A DNA stretch of 64,000 nt, taken from positions 74,900 through 138,899 of the forward strand of contig JACPMZ010000003.1 in the NCBI GenBank assembly GCA_016185705.1, read 5' to 3'. Position 1 is the stretch's first letter, and each line of letters opens with the position of its first letter. The DNA comes from Candidatus Woesearchaeota archaeon (GTDB lineage: Archaea > Nanobdellota > Nanobdellia > Woesearchaeales > UBA10216). Both the position numbers and the translations under genes were made by a program. The notes under the pieces are model-generated. The model was not told the DNA's origin, did no database searches, and worked only from the letters and a program-made list of their open reading frames with translations. Positions 1-9,779 of the stretch are shown here, piece by piece.

Positions 1-3000
1 TGCAAAGCCGGTGCAGACGTCAAGGAAGGTGACGTTGATGCCTGTCGTATCATTAAGAGTAATGTGCTTGGTTCCATTGACAGCATGGAAGGTGCTGCTC
101 TTCTGCGCTGACTGGTTGGCAATGTCTGTAATGTTTGCCTCTATGGTGAAGTTGCCAGTCTCGGCAATGTAATAGGTGTAGTTGTGGTAGTAAGTAAGCC
201 CTGTGCTGCCGTTCTGTATGTGCAGGGGCAAGTCAACAGAAGTGTTTGGCATCATGATGCTGACGTTGATTGCTGAAAGCAGCGTGTCAGGGTTGCTGAC
301 CACTTCAACAGTAATGTTTGTGTTGTTCAGGGCATAGGTGTGGTTGGAGCACAGCAGCGTGATAACAGGCAGAGCAGGGCTGGCATCCAGAACCTGAACA
401 GTGACTCTGCTGGCAGCAGTGCTGTTTGTCGTATCGTTGAAAGCGTAAGCAGTAATGTCAAGGTTCTGGGCAGTGATGTTCTCAACAGTGTAGTTGTATT
501 CCCACGTGTTTGAGCCAACGTCAGCGGCAGTGTAGTTTGTGCTGCGTATTGTTATGTTGACCTCATTAATCCAGCCGGTTCCATTAAGCTCAGAAACATT
601 AACCCTGACAACGTCTCCGGGGAATACCTGCGTCAGGTTGTCAATTGTGATGTTTATGGCAGCGATTACAACTTCCATCACATGGATTCCGGAAAAGTTG
701 GAAACGTTCTGCGCATCATTGCTTCTGACTGCATAGAACATCTGCCCTGACGTAAGGTTCTCAGTAACGGTTCTGGTTGTGCCGGAGATTCCGGTAATGT
801 TTACATGAGGAGTGGCAAGGTCGGCATTGTCATCTATGAGCAGGTCGTAAGTTATTGTGTCGCCGTCGTCATCTGAGGATGCGGTCCACGCGATTATAAC
901 GCTGCTGTGCAGCTGCACAGACCCATTCGCCGGAAGGAGCAGAGTGGTGTTTCCGGGAACCGTGTTTGATACTGTAAAGGTCTGCAGAGTTCCCTCGGCA
1001 GTGTTGCCGCCTGTGTCATTTGCATAGTATTTCCACTGCACAACTTCATTGCCTTCCAGCTCAGAAGAGCCTATCACATATGAGTAAAGGCCGCCTGAGT
1101 TATTCGTAACAGTGGTGTTTGCAAGCGAGCCAGTCCAGTTGCCTTCAACCACCACAACTGATACGCGGGCATCGCTGACGCTGGCATTGACTGTAACGTC
1201 AGAGCTTGCAAGCACAGCAGCAGGAATTCTTGTTTCTCCGCCGATAGTCGGAGAGGCGTTGTCATGCAGGTATCTGAAAGCGTCTGTTGATGTTCTTTGG
1301 TTGCCTGCTGTGTCAAAGGCCTTGACGCGCCAATACCATGTGATATCGGAAATCAGCACATCTGTTGAATCGTAATGCTCAGTCGTTGCATTGTTGGAGA
1401 AGTTCACCCACGCAAAGCTTGAGCTGTTCGTTACTTCAATTGTGTAGTTTGCAAGCTTGGCTTCAGCAGCCGCCTCCCAGGTAAATGTCGGGGTAAAGTT
1501 GTTTTCAACAGCGTTGTCAGCAGGCGTAAGAAGCGTGAAGACGCCCGGAGGCGTGGTGTCCTGCGTGGTTGCATTCTGGACAGTCGTGTTGGTGTTAGAG
1601 GCGTTGTCAATGGCATACAGCCTGATTGAATAGTTTGCCACGAGCAGGCCGGAGGTGTTGAAAGTGCTGTTTTCAGTCAACTGCCGTATGAATGTTCCGT
1701 TGTCAGCATAGGAAATGTTGACATAGCTCTCATTAAGGTGTATGTCGCGGGCAGTCCAGTTAATGCTGATGTTTTCTTCGGCGAGCTCTGCTGTTGCCGG
1801 ATTTACAACAAGCTCTATCAACGGCGCAGAATTGTCTGTTATGTACACGAAAGGCTGCGAAGTAAAGCTGTTGGATGCAAGGTCATAAGCAGTTACGCGC
1901 CAGTACCAGTATATGTCATTTGCCAGCGCAACTCCCGGAACCAGGCTTGTATTTGATGAAGCTGCCAATGCATAATAAGTTGCATTGATTGCAGCAAAGG
2001 TGCTTATGTTTGCTATCTGCAGCGTGTAGTTTGCAAAGTTTGACTCGGTTGCTGCTGCCCAGACAAAGGTCGGGCTGGTGTTGGTAGTAATGGTGTCATT
2101 AACAGGCGTGGTCAGGGTGAACGATGCAGGAGCGGTTGTGTCAAACGTGGCTGTATAGTTGACAGTAATTCCGACGTTTGCGTCAGGAACAACCGCGTCT
2201 GCGCATTCAACAGCCCAGACAAGCTGCACGCCGTCATTTACCCCGCTTATGGAGAATTCAGTATTTGAATTCCGCGTAACGCTTTCATTAGTTGCGTTTC
2301 TCAGATAAGCGCCTGTTGCGTTGTGGAACACGCTGCAGTTTGCAATGCCTGTTGCGTCACTGGCTGTAAACGAAATGTTCAGGACTGTGTTCGTGTAGGT
2401 GTCGTTCAAAGGAGAGGTGACTGTAACGTCAGGCGCATTAACGTCAATGCTGAATGTGAAGGTTGCAGATGTGTTAACGTTCTCTGCCCTGTCCGAGCAG
2501 TTGATGCTCCAGTTGTAAGTGCCCTGGTTCATCCTTAAGGTATAGTTGGTCAAAGTGTTGTTGGCAGTGCTGACATCTGAAATGTTGGTTGTATCGTTAA
2601 TCACGAGACTGCATGTCAGGGGCGGGCTTAATTCATCTATGGCTATCCATGTGAAGTTTACGGTCTGCGGCGATACATTCATGTCCAGCGGCTCAGTGAG
2701 GTTTACGAAGCTTGGCACCCTGTTGTCCAATCTGATGGTGCGGGTTTCGGTGGTGTTTTCAGCCGTATTGTTGCTGATGACAGTAACATTGTAGTAATAG
2801 AGCTCGTGCGGGTTGAGGTCAGTGAAGTTCATCAGGCGCAGTGCTGTGTCGTTTGTGCTTGTGATGTTTGTAACATTTGTTGAGGCATTGTAAAGGGCAA
2901 AGGTTATGTTTGAGATGTTTGTTTCTACAATAGTTACGTTAATGAGGATGAACGACTGGTTCAGGGCTGAATCGTTTGCAGCAGTGTTTGCGATGTAGTC

Positions 3001-6000
3001 AATGAACGGAACATTCCTGAGCTGAGTGAAATTTTCAATGTACTGGTTGTTGGCAAAGTCAGTTGCATTAATGGTGATGTTGTAGTGCGAAGCATTAATC
3101 TGATTGGCGTCAAAGCTGATGTTCCAGTAACCATTTGCACGGTCGCCAACATACAGGTCCGGCTTGAGCCATTCTGTCGCCGAGTGAGGCGTCATTATTC
3201 TCACTGAAACGTTCACAAGATTGGTCTGCGTGTCATTTGCGGAGATGTTAATCAGGAAAAAGTCTGTGTGGTGGACAGAGTCGTTAACGAGGTTTATTAT
3301 GGAAATGTTTGGAATGGTGTTGTCAAAAACAACCGATACATTGCCGGTTACAGTCGGGAAGAGGTTGCTGTTGGATGCATTGACCGTGATGTTGTAGCTG
3401 CCTTCCGGAAATGCAGTGGTGTCAATCGTGGCGTTCCAGTAACCAGAAGTTGTGGTTCCTGAGCTTAAGCTCAACGGGATAAGCCCTGTCTGGTTGCCTG
3501 AGGAATTAAGAAGGGTTGCATTCACCGCGCTGACAGTAACAGTTCCGGTTTCATTCACCGATACGTTAATCAGGAGGTTTCCGGATATGTTTGCCCTGTT
3601 GACAGGAACTGTTATGGATACATTTGCAGGGTCATTGTCAATTGTAATTGTGGAAGCGTTTGTTACATTCTGGTTGCCTGCAACGTCAGTGGCGTTAATC
3701 GTAATGTTGTACTCGTCATCGCCAGTGTTTGTTGTTATGAGCGTTGCGTTCCATGAGCCCACGAACAGAGTGCCATCAGACAGGTTGGCATCAAGCCAGT
3801 CAAGCACTGTGTCGCCGTCTGCGGTCTGAAGCCTGTAAGTTACATTCAGGACTCCGCTCGTGGTTTCATTCACAGAGCCGTTTATCTGTATGGTGCCGCG
3901 CTGCACTGTTCCCGAAGCCGGTGTTATTACAGATATGTTGGGAGGCGTGTTGTCAATGGTAACTGTTGTTGCGTTGGTTACATTCTGGTTCTTTACGAAG
4001 TCAGTGGCGTTGATTGTGATGTTGTACTCGCCGTCTGCAATAGCCGTGCTGTCAAACGTCATGTTCCAGTGGCCGTTATCGGCGTTGCCATCGTAGAGCT
4101 TCACGTCCAGCCAAGCAGAGGTTGTGCCGCCTGCTGAATGCAGCCGGAACGTAACATTCATCACTCCTGTGCCAGAATCATTCACTGAGGAGTTAATCAG
4201 GAAACTGCCTAACTGTGTTGAGCCGCTGACAGGAACCATTATTGACACGTTAGGCACGTTATTGTCAATGGTTATGGACACATTCTCAGATATGTTTGTG
4301 TTTCTGCTCTTCTCATCAGTCCACGGAATGCTTCCTGAGTCAGTGGCATTAGAGCTCAAATTGTATACGCCGTCAGCAATGCCCAAGGCAACAGTGTCAA
4401 TGGTTACGTTCCGGTAGCCGGATTTGAGCGAGCCAACGCTTAAATTAGTGGCGATGGGCGAAACTGAATGCACAGAGCCGGGCCGAAGCAAGCTGATATT
4501 AACGTCAGGCACATCGCTTTCAGTGTCATTTACAGAAACGTTTATCGTAAAGGAGCCGGAAATGTTTTCCATTGCAGCAGGCAGCTGGATGCTGTTGTTC
4601 GGGGGAGTGGTGTCGAGCTCAATCTGCAGGTGGGTGTGGTTTACGATAACAAAGTCGTAGGGATTTGTTCCCTCTGACCAGCCGACTGCGATGTCTGTGT
4701 TGTTGGACACCTCCGGGGCAGTAAGCCCCTGCTTGACAGTTGAGGTGTTGACAAGCGTAAACTCCCCAGACCATGAGGTGTTGTCCCAAATCCTGTAAAG
4801 AACGGATTCATTGCCCTCAGGCGTGACATTAATGTAATACAGGAACAGGTGAGTGTCGTTCCTGCTGAGAACAGGGCCTGTCAGCTTTGGCAGGTTAGAG
4901 TCAGGTGCGGTAAACTGCTGAACCAGCGTCCAATCTGTCCTGTCGCCGCCGTCGCTTCTGAAATGACTGAGGGAGGTGTCGTTTGCAAAAACCACGTGGA
5001 TGTCAATATCGCCGCTGTTGTTGAACGAAATACCGCTCCATTGAGACGCGGAGCCTGTACCTCTGCCAAAAGTGGTGGATGCGGTCTGGGCTACGGCAAC
5101 CCCGCCATTCCAGGTGACATTCGATGCTTGGGCACCATCGCCTGCTGACACTGAAATCCTCATCATGTTGCCATTCTGAAGCGGGAAGAACTTGGACGAA
5201 GGGAAATTGGAGCCGGTGCTAGGCAGAGTCACATTCCAGTCGCCATCCCAGCTGTCGCCGTTGTCCGGATTAAGACTGTAATTATTCGGGAAAGTACTTG
5301 AGTGGCAGTTATTGCCTTCCTGGCCCGCAAAATAATAGTTCTCAGTGCTGATTCCAACTGTGGCGCCTGTGCCAGCGCACGCATCAGCCTGCTGTTTCAG
5401 CGAATAATTTATGGTAAAGTTGACGCTGCCGTCTGGAAAGGTGTTGCCGCGGGTGAAATTCATATATTTCTTAGTGCCATCATCACGAAGGCCAATAAAC
5501 AGGAAAGTGTCAAAGCCGTTTATTTCCTTGTAAACAACGTCGCCCCTGCTGGTGGTCCCGCCAGGCTGCTGCTCAGGGCTGCCCTTATTCCACACCACAA
5601 GGTCTGAACTGAAGTTGTGCTTGTATACATTGCTGTCAATATACCACGCAAACCAGTTGTTCCCGTCCCAGAAAATCTTTCTTTCGTAAGGAAAGTTGGA
5701 GATGATTGCTGAGTCAGTGAAAACAGTCGGGTCTATTGTTATGTTGCCTGCGTCCTTAATGCCATTAATCCGCACGACACTGCCGTCGCCTGATAAAGCA
5801 AAGCTGGATGCGATGTCAGAAAAGTCATACGTCAGGCTGCCGAGGTTTATCTGCATGGCATCGTGGTCAATGTTGAGCAGCCCGATGTTTGAGCTGCTGA
5901 AGTCCATGCCCAGGTATTCCATGCTATTCTTCAGGTTCTGGCAGTCCTGCGTGGCGTTCGCCAAAGTTAATCCAAAGTCCTGCTTCCAGCTGTTCAGGTC

Positions 6001-8712
6001 AATGTCTGACTTATCCCAGCTGAGTGCGTAGCAGCCGGCAGTATCCTCGGGAACGTAATGCCTGTTTCCGTTTGCGGACATGAAAACCCTGTAGCTCAGC
6101 TCGTTCCGGCTGCCGGAGTCTGTCCAGTTAAGGACAAAATGGGAGCTGTTCCAGGCAAACTGCGTCTGGAAGTCGCTGATGCTCTTGCGTGCCACGCGCA
6201 CAACTGTATCAGGCGAAAGCACGTCGTAAAATGCTTCAGCAACCGCTCCTGAGTAGTTGAAGTGCTGCACGTGCCTGCCATTGGTTTTTACAGTTGCCGT
6301 ATGGAACATTGTCTGGTTGCATTCCAGATTCCTTACTGAGTATCCGACGATATGGCTGCCGTCAGTCAACACTTCAGGGGCAATTACTGTTTCGCCGCAG
6401 CTGAACTGCACGAATTCAAGGTCCGGCTGCCGCTGCACGCCGTCCTTAAAGCCGGAGTAGCTCGTGCCGTTTGCAGCGGTTATTGTCAGGTTGCCGATGC
6501 CGGTTGCGTTAAATTCAACAGTCCAGTTCCTCTCAATGAAATCCTTTGTGTAAACATTAAAGATGAATATCTCAACCTCGTACAGAATGCTGCTTAAGCT
6601 TGGAACTATCCACTCAACCCTGTCAATCAGCCCGTTACTGTTGGTGTCAATTTTCTTAATGCCAGTGATTTCCACTTTTGTTCCGTTGACCAACGCGAAA
6701 AGCTTAACGAAATTCTCAGGGGTTTCCCTTATGTCAGTGTAGGCAGTGATGTTTTCGTAATGGGTTTCTGAAGAGATGTTAATCTGCTTCCTCGTTGAAT
6801 CTGTTTCATTTTCCATGGCTATTGGCGCAGGCGTCTGGTATTCCACTTCCAGCTCGGTGGCGTTTTCCTCAATAACCAGCGTTATGTTTTCGTCCACAGT
6901 GTCCTTCAGCAGTTTTTCCCTGGATGCTGCGACTGTTTTCAGGTGGCTGTCAAGCGTCTCAACTTTTTTGCCGATGCGCTCCTCCCTCTCAACCTTTACG
7001 CTGCCTGCAATGCTTTCGTTGTTTTCCCTGACTGTGATGTTAATTGCTTCCTTGGGAATCTCTGTTGTTGTGCTGGACTCATTCACCAGCGTGATTATTT
7101 TCTTCCACGACACTGGCTCGTTGATAACTGCCCGGCCCTGCACCAGTGTTTCGTCCTTGTCAGTAATGTTGCTGCGCGTTATGTTGAATGTGTTGGAGAC
7201 AGCAGAGTAGTCCAGGTCGGATGCTGTGATGAAGGCAAAGGCAGTTCCTTTGAATCCATTTTCAGCCAGTATGGACGCTGTGCCATCTGCAATATCTATC
7301 TTAACATCTCCTATGACTGTCGCATTGTAAGTAAGCTCATCACTGTCAGGGTCTTTGAAATGCTCGGGCAGCAGGATTCTTGCGCCAGTTGTCATGTTGC
7401 CAATGTCTGCGAAGAAATATGGCGGCCTGTTATCAAGATAGACTGTCAGTTCAGCAGTGTTCCCGGTTGTGGAGTTTAAGTCAGACGCTGTAAAAGTTAT
7501 TAAAGCTGTTCCTGCAAAGTTTTTTGCATGCGTTATCGCTGCAATGCTTCCGTTGATTGAAACATCTGCTATGTCAGCCAGCGTATATGTTGCTGCAAAC
7601 ATCAGCTCATCCCCTTCAGCGTCGTAGAAGTACCTGCTCAGGTTCAGCGTAAGCGTAGCATTCTGCTTTATGCTTTGGGCAGGTATTGGAAGCGCTTTCG
7701 GAGCGGCATTTTCCGAGAATGCAGCTTTGTAAGTCAGCGAATCTATGACAAGGACTGCATCCTGGACTGAAACAATCAGCTTTGCAGACCTGCTCGTTCC
7801 GCTTAATGCGCAGGTTTCAACACATTTGTTGCTGAATCTTGTTACCGGCAGGAACACTGCCTGCAGCGAGCTCCACCCGCTCGAGACAACATCCACAGCA
7901 GGTTCAGTAATTTCAAGGGTGTAATTCGCATAGATGACCTGCGCGCTCACAGTGTTGTTAAAGCCAGTTCCATAAGCTCCGTAAGGAATGTTGAGGGTCT
8001 GCCAATTGTTGGAAACAGGAGCAAGCTCTGCCAGGCTGCAGCATGCGGCATTGCCATTGCAGATAACAGTGGAAGTGTCTTTGTTTGCAGGGGCAATCTG
8101 CCAGCGCGTGCACAGATTTTCTTCAGGAACAGGCCAGCTGAATGCGGTGTTGTGCACTGTGTAGTCAATCGAGCCCTCACTTGTGTCAATGCCGTCATCA
8201 TCAGGGTCAAAGGCTGTTCCTGAATTGTACTCAAGCACGACTTCAATTGACTTATCAGCACTTTCAACCTGCCTGCCTGCTGCGGCATCTGACTCATCGG
8301 TTGCATTGGGAACAAAGTCAAATATCGGAACAGTGGTGTGCAGCTCCCTTATGTCCCTGACAAGCTGGCCTGATATTGACAGGAAGTTGCCGTTGCCATT
8401 GCCGGAAGCGGATTGGTTAAGGACAACATAACGCTTCCCCTCAATTTCAAGCAAAACAGCTACAGGGCCTGTTCCAACAATCACGCCGCTTACCGAAACT
8501 GAAGATGGAGGGGCATCCAGAGCCAGAGGAATTTCAGCATATGTGGCATTTGCAGACGATATGTGCAGGTCAAGCGTCTGTGTAATGGTTTTCTCAGCCA
8601 CCAAAAAGCCGGTAAGAGAAAGCTGGTCTGCGATTGCCAGCAGTGTAAGCATCAGAACTACAGCGAACACTGCTGCTCCGAATCCCTGCGCGGCTCTTTC
8701 AGAGCGGGTCAT
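1..8712 (-). CDS. giant secreted/surface adhesin-like protein (>2,900 aa; C-terminus beyond window start) with N-terminal hydrophobic signal/anchor, many Ig-like repeat domains and dense N-x-S/T sequons
   Basis: ATG at 8712-8710 preceded by GGAGGT; one continuous minus-strand frame to position 1 (all listed small minus ORFs in 1-8700 lie in a different frame and plus ORFs are antisense shadows); N-terminus MTRSERAAQGFGAAVFAVVLMLTLLAIA; ~105-aa tandem repeats (TIDNxxPNxS...YNITINATD...NQNVTNA) encoded by ~318-bp DNA periodicity around 3370-4650. Confidence 0.8.
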   Translation of the reverse strand, partial: MTRSERAAQGFGAAVFAVVLMLTLLAIADQLSLTGFLVAEKTITQTLDLHISSANATYAEIPLALDAPPSSVSVSGVIVGTGPVAVLLEIEGKRYVVLNQSASGNGNGNFLSISGQLVRDIRELHTTVPIFDFVPNATDESDAAAGRQVESADKSIEVVLEYNSGTAFDPDDDGIDTSEGSIDYTVHNTAFSWPVPEENLCTRWQIAPANKDTSTVICNGNAACCSLAELAPVSNNWQTLNIPYGAYGTGFNNTVSAQVIYANYTLEITEPAVDVVSSGWSSLQAVFLPVTRFSNKCVETCALSGTSRSAKLIVSVQDAVLVIDSLTYKAAFSENAAPKALPIPAQSIKQNATLTLNLSRYFYDAEGDELMFAATYTLADIADVSINGSIAAITHAKNFAGTALITFTASDLNSTTGNTAELTVYLDNRPPYFFADIGNMTTGARILLPEHFKDPDSDELTYNATVIGDVKIDIADGTASILAENGFKGTAFAFITASDLDYSAVSNTFNITRSNITDKDETLVQGRAVINEPVSWKKIITLVNESSTTTEIPKEAINITVRENNESIAGSVKVEREERIGKKVETLDSHLKTVAASREKLLKDTVDENITLVIEENATELEVEYQTPAPIAMENETDSTRKQINISSETHYENITAYTDIRETPENFVKLFALVNGTKVEITGIKKIDTNSNGLIDRVEWIVPSLSSILYEVEIFIFNVYTKDFIERNWTVEFNATGIGNLTITAANGTSYSGFKDGVQRQPDLEFVQFSCGETVIAPEVLTDGSHIVGYSVRNLECNQTMFHTATVKTNGRHVQHFNYSGAVAEAFYDVLSPDTVVRVARKSISDFQTQFAWNSSHFVLNWTDSGSRNELSYRVFMSANGNRHYVPEDTAGCYALSWDKSDIDLNSWKQDFGLTLANATQDCQNLKNSMEYLGMDFSSSNIGLLNIDHDAMQINLGSLTYDFSDIASSFALSGDGSVVRINGIKDAGNITIDPTVFTDSAIISNFPYERKIFWDGNNWFAWYIDSNVYKHNFSSDLVVWNKGSPEQQPGGTTSRGDVVYKEINGFDTFLFIGLRDDGTKKYMNFTRGNTFPDGSVNFTINYSLKQQADACAGTGATVGISTENYYFAGQEGNNCHSSTFPNNYSLNPDNGDSWDGDWNVTLPSTGSNFPSSKFFPLQNGNMMRISVSAGDGAQASNVTWNGGVAVAQTASTTFGRGTGSASQWSGISFNNSGDIDIHVVFANDTSLSHFRSDGGDRTDWTLVQQFTAPDSNLPKLTGPVLSRNDTHLFLYYINVTPEGNESVLYRIWDNTSWSGEFTLVNTSTVKQGLTAPEVSNNTDIAVGWSEGTNPYDFVIVNHTHLQIELDTTPPNNSIQLPAAMENISGSFTINVSVNDTESDVPDVNISLLRPGSVHSVSPIATNLSVGSLKSGYRNVTIDTVALGIADGVYNLSSNATDSGSIPWTDEKSRNTNISENVSITIDNNVPNVSIMVPVSGSTQLGSFLINSSVNDSGTGVMNVTFRLHSAGGTTSAWLDVKLYDGNADNGHWNMTFDSTAIADGEYNITINATDFVKNQNVTNATTVTIDNTPPNISVITPASGTVQRGTIQINGSVNETTSGVLNVTYRLQTADGDTVLDWLDANLSDGTLFVGSWNATLITTNTGDDEYNITINATDVAGNQNVTNASTITIDNDPANVSITVPVNRANISGNLLINVSVNETGTVTVSAVNATLLNSSGNQTGLIPLSLSSGTTTSGYWNATIDTTAFPEGSYNITVNASNSNLFPTVTGNVSVVFDNTIPNISIINLVNDSVHHTDFFLINISANDTQTNLVNVSVRIMTPHSATEWLKPDLYVGDRANGYWNISFDANQINASHYNITINATDFANNQYIENFTQLRNVPFIDYIANTAANDSALNQSFILINVTIVETNISNITFALYNASTNVTNITSTNDTALRLMNFTDLNPHELYYYNVTVISNNTAENTTETRTIRLDNRVPSFVNLTEPLDMNVSPQTVNFTWIAIDELSPPLTCSLVINDTTNISDVSTANNTLTNYTLRMNQGTYNWSINCSDRAENVNTSATFTFSIDVNAPDVTVTSPLNDTYTNTVLNISFTASDATGIANCSVFHNATGAYLRNATNESVTRNSNTEFSISGVNDGVQLVWAVECADAVVPDANVGITVNYTATFDTTAPASFTLTTPVNDTITTNTSPTFVWAAATESNFANYTLQIANISTFAAINATYYALAASSNTSLVPGVALANDIYWYWRVTAYDLASNSFTSQPFVYITDNSAPLIELVVNPATAELAEENISINWTARDIHLNESYVNISYADNGTFIRQLTENSTFNTSGLLVANYSIRLYAIDNASNTNTTVQNATTQDTTPPGVFTLLTPADNAVENNFTPTFTWEAAAEAKLANYTIEVTNSSSFAWVNFSNNATTEHYDSTDVLISDITWYWRVKAFDTAGNQRTSTDAFRYLHDNASPTIGGETRIPAAVLASSDVTVNASVSDARVSVVVVEGNWTGSLANTTVTNNSGGLYSYVIGSSELEGNEVVQWKYYANDTGGNTAEGTLQTFTVSNTVPGNTTLLLPANGSVQLHSSVIIAWTASSDDDGDTITYDLLIDDNADLATPHVNITGISGTTRTVTENLTSGQMFYAVRSNDAQNVSNFSGIHVMEVVIAAINITIDNLTQVFPGDVVRVNVSELNGTGWINEVNITIRSTNYTAADVGSNTWEYNYTVENITAQNLDITAYAFNDTTNSTAASRVTVQVLDASPALPVITLLCSNHTYALNNTNITVEVVSNPDTLLSAINVSIMMPNTSVDLPLHIQNGSTGLTYYHNYTYYIAETGNFTIEANITDIANQSAQKSSTFHAVNGTKHITLNDTTGINVTFLDVCTGFA

Positions 8713-8963
8713 GCCCTACCTCCAAAAACATTGTCCTCAAACACCCAGACAGCACCTTTCGTGCTAATCACGATTTTTTTGCTGAGCTGCAGGTAGTCAA
8801 GAACCTGAAGCAAAGTGCCGTGCATCACCTTTTTCGGAAGCTGCCTTTTGATGTCAGCAACGCTCAGCGGCTGCGCAGAAGACTTGAGAACGCCCTCAAC
8901 CATGAGAATGGTGTTCAAAGTAGGAGAATGCATGCTCCGGGATGTACGCCCCTTTTTCCTCAT
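8709..8963 (-). CDS. small (84 aa) basic winged-helix-like DNA-binding protein, translationally coupled (ATGA overlap) to the giant surface-protein gene
   Basis: ORF MRKKGRTSRS...; stop TGA 8711-8709 overlaps ATG 8712-8710 of downstream gene; helix-rich basic sequence. Confidence 0.5.
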   Translation of the reverse strand: MRKKGRTSRSMHSPTLNTILMVEGVLKSSAQPLSVADIKRQLPKKVMHGTLLQVLDYLQLSKKIVISTKGAVWVFEDNVFGGRA

Positions 8964-9209
8964 GACTTAACCTTCAACACTTAACACTTCAGTATATTTA
9001 TATATCAATTATGTATGAAAATGATTTTATTTAAAATTGAAATATTACGATTTAATATTAATTTAAATAAATCCGATATTTTTTTAATATTTATAATCAT
9101 TAACTTAATCTAATATTATATTTTTTTAAAGTAATTAGATATTCTTATACCTCTTTTTCTTATTAATTTAATTTTTTTTTGTATTGATTTAATACTAACT
9201 GATATACAT
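8964..9209 (-). promoter_or_regulatory. extremely AT-rich upstream region (putative promoter/regulatory region of the wHTH + giant surface protein operon)
   Basis: ~250 bp of >85% A+T with many TATA-like and TTTAAA/ATTTAAAT motifs directly upstream of 8963. Confidence 0.4.
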
Positions 9210-9425
9210 TTATATATATTCTTTTCGGTTTTTGGGAGAATGCGTTGATCTTAAATCCAGAACTTTTATAGCCTGTTCATTCACTGTGCTCTTGACTTTT
9301 ATGCCAGCGACAGCAGGATGATTCTTCTTGATGAAGTTTTCTCCGGGCTTTATTCCCTGCTTGAATTTCTTCTTTGAGTAGAGAAAAACTGCTGTAACAA
9401 GATCATCTCGCTCAGGAGCAAGCAT
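9210..9425 (-). CDS. hypothetical small protein (71 aa)
   Basis: ORF only; no recognisable motif. Confidence 0.25.
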   Translation of the reverse strand: MLAPERDDLVTAVFLYSKKKFKQGIKPGENFIKKNHPAVAGIKVKSTVNEQAIKVLDLRSTHSPKNRKEYI

Positions 9426-9514
9426 TTCAGAATCAATGAGAATGTCTTCGGATGCAAGAGCATGTTCTGGCTCAAATTCGTGGTTTTCAGGTTTTTTGAC
9501 TCCTTAGTGGCTTT

Positions 9515-9569
9515 ATGACGCTTTTTAGAAAATCCGTCATAACTACTTTCAAATGATGAAACATTTATA
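9515..9569. repeat. left copy of perfect 55-bp direct repeat flanking the RM/EVE cassette; contains palindrome TTATGACG-N16-CGTCATAA and a decoy start ATGATGAAACATTTATAA (MMKHL*)
   Basis: identical 55 nt at 9515-9569 and 13121-13175 (atgacgctttttagaaaatccgtcataactactttcaaatgatgaaacatttata). Confidence 0.9.
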
Positions 9570-9644
9570 ATCCGTCCTATCTATTACCACGTCGTGAATA
9601 CGGATAATTTCTCATTTTTAAGGATTTGACCATTTTACGACGCT

Positions 9645-9671
9645 ATGACGCTTTCCTCAAATCCGTCATAA
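9645..9671. repeat. degenerate third copy of the repeat core (atgacgctttcctcaaatccgtcataa)
   Basis: shares atgacgcttt..aaatccgtcataa with the 55-bp repeats. Confidence 0.6.
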
Positions 9672-9779
9672 GCAGATGAGTTTTTCTGAAAACCCAGATG
9701 AAAGTAAGCGGAAACTTCAGAAATCGACGGAAATTTGAATTTCTTTGCTCTGATCTTGAATATAAAGTTAGAAAGTCTC

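Noticed and set aside
3452-7479. Multiple plus-strand ORFs of 60-180 aa (e.g. 3452-3829, 6776-7210, 6943-7479) within the first 8.7 kb
   Set aside because: They lie antisense to the continuous giant minus-strand ORF. They have low-complexity or odd composition and no motifs, and are most likely shadow ORFs.
9570-9779. Possible integrase/att site downstream of the methyltransferase gene
   Set aside because: No ORF with recombinase features exists here. There are only short repeats, so the mobility mechanism of the cassette remains unassigned.
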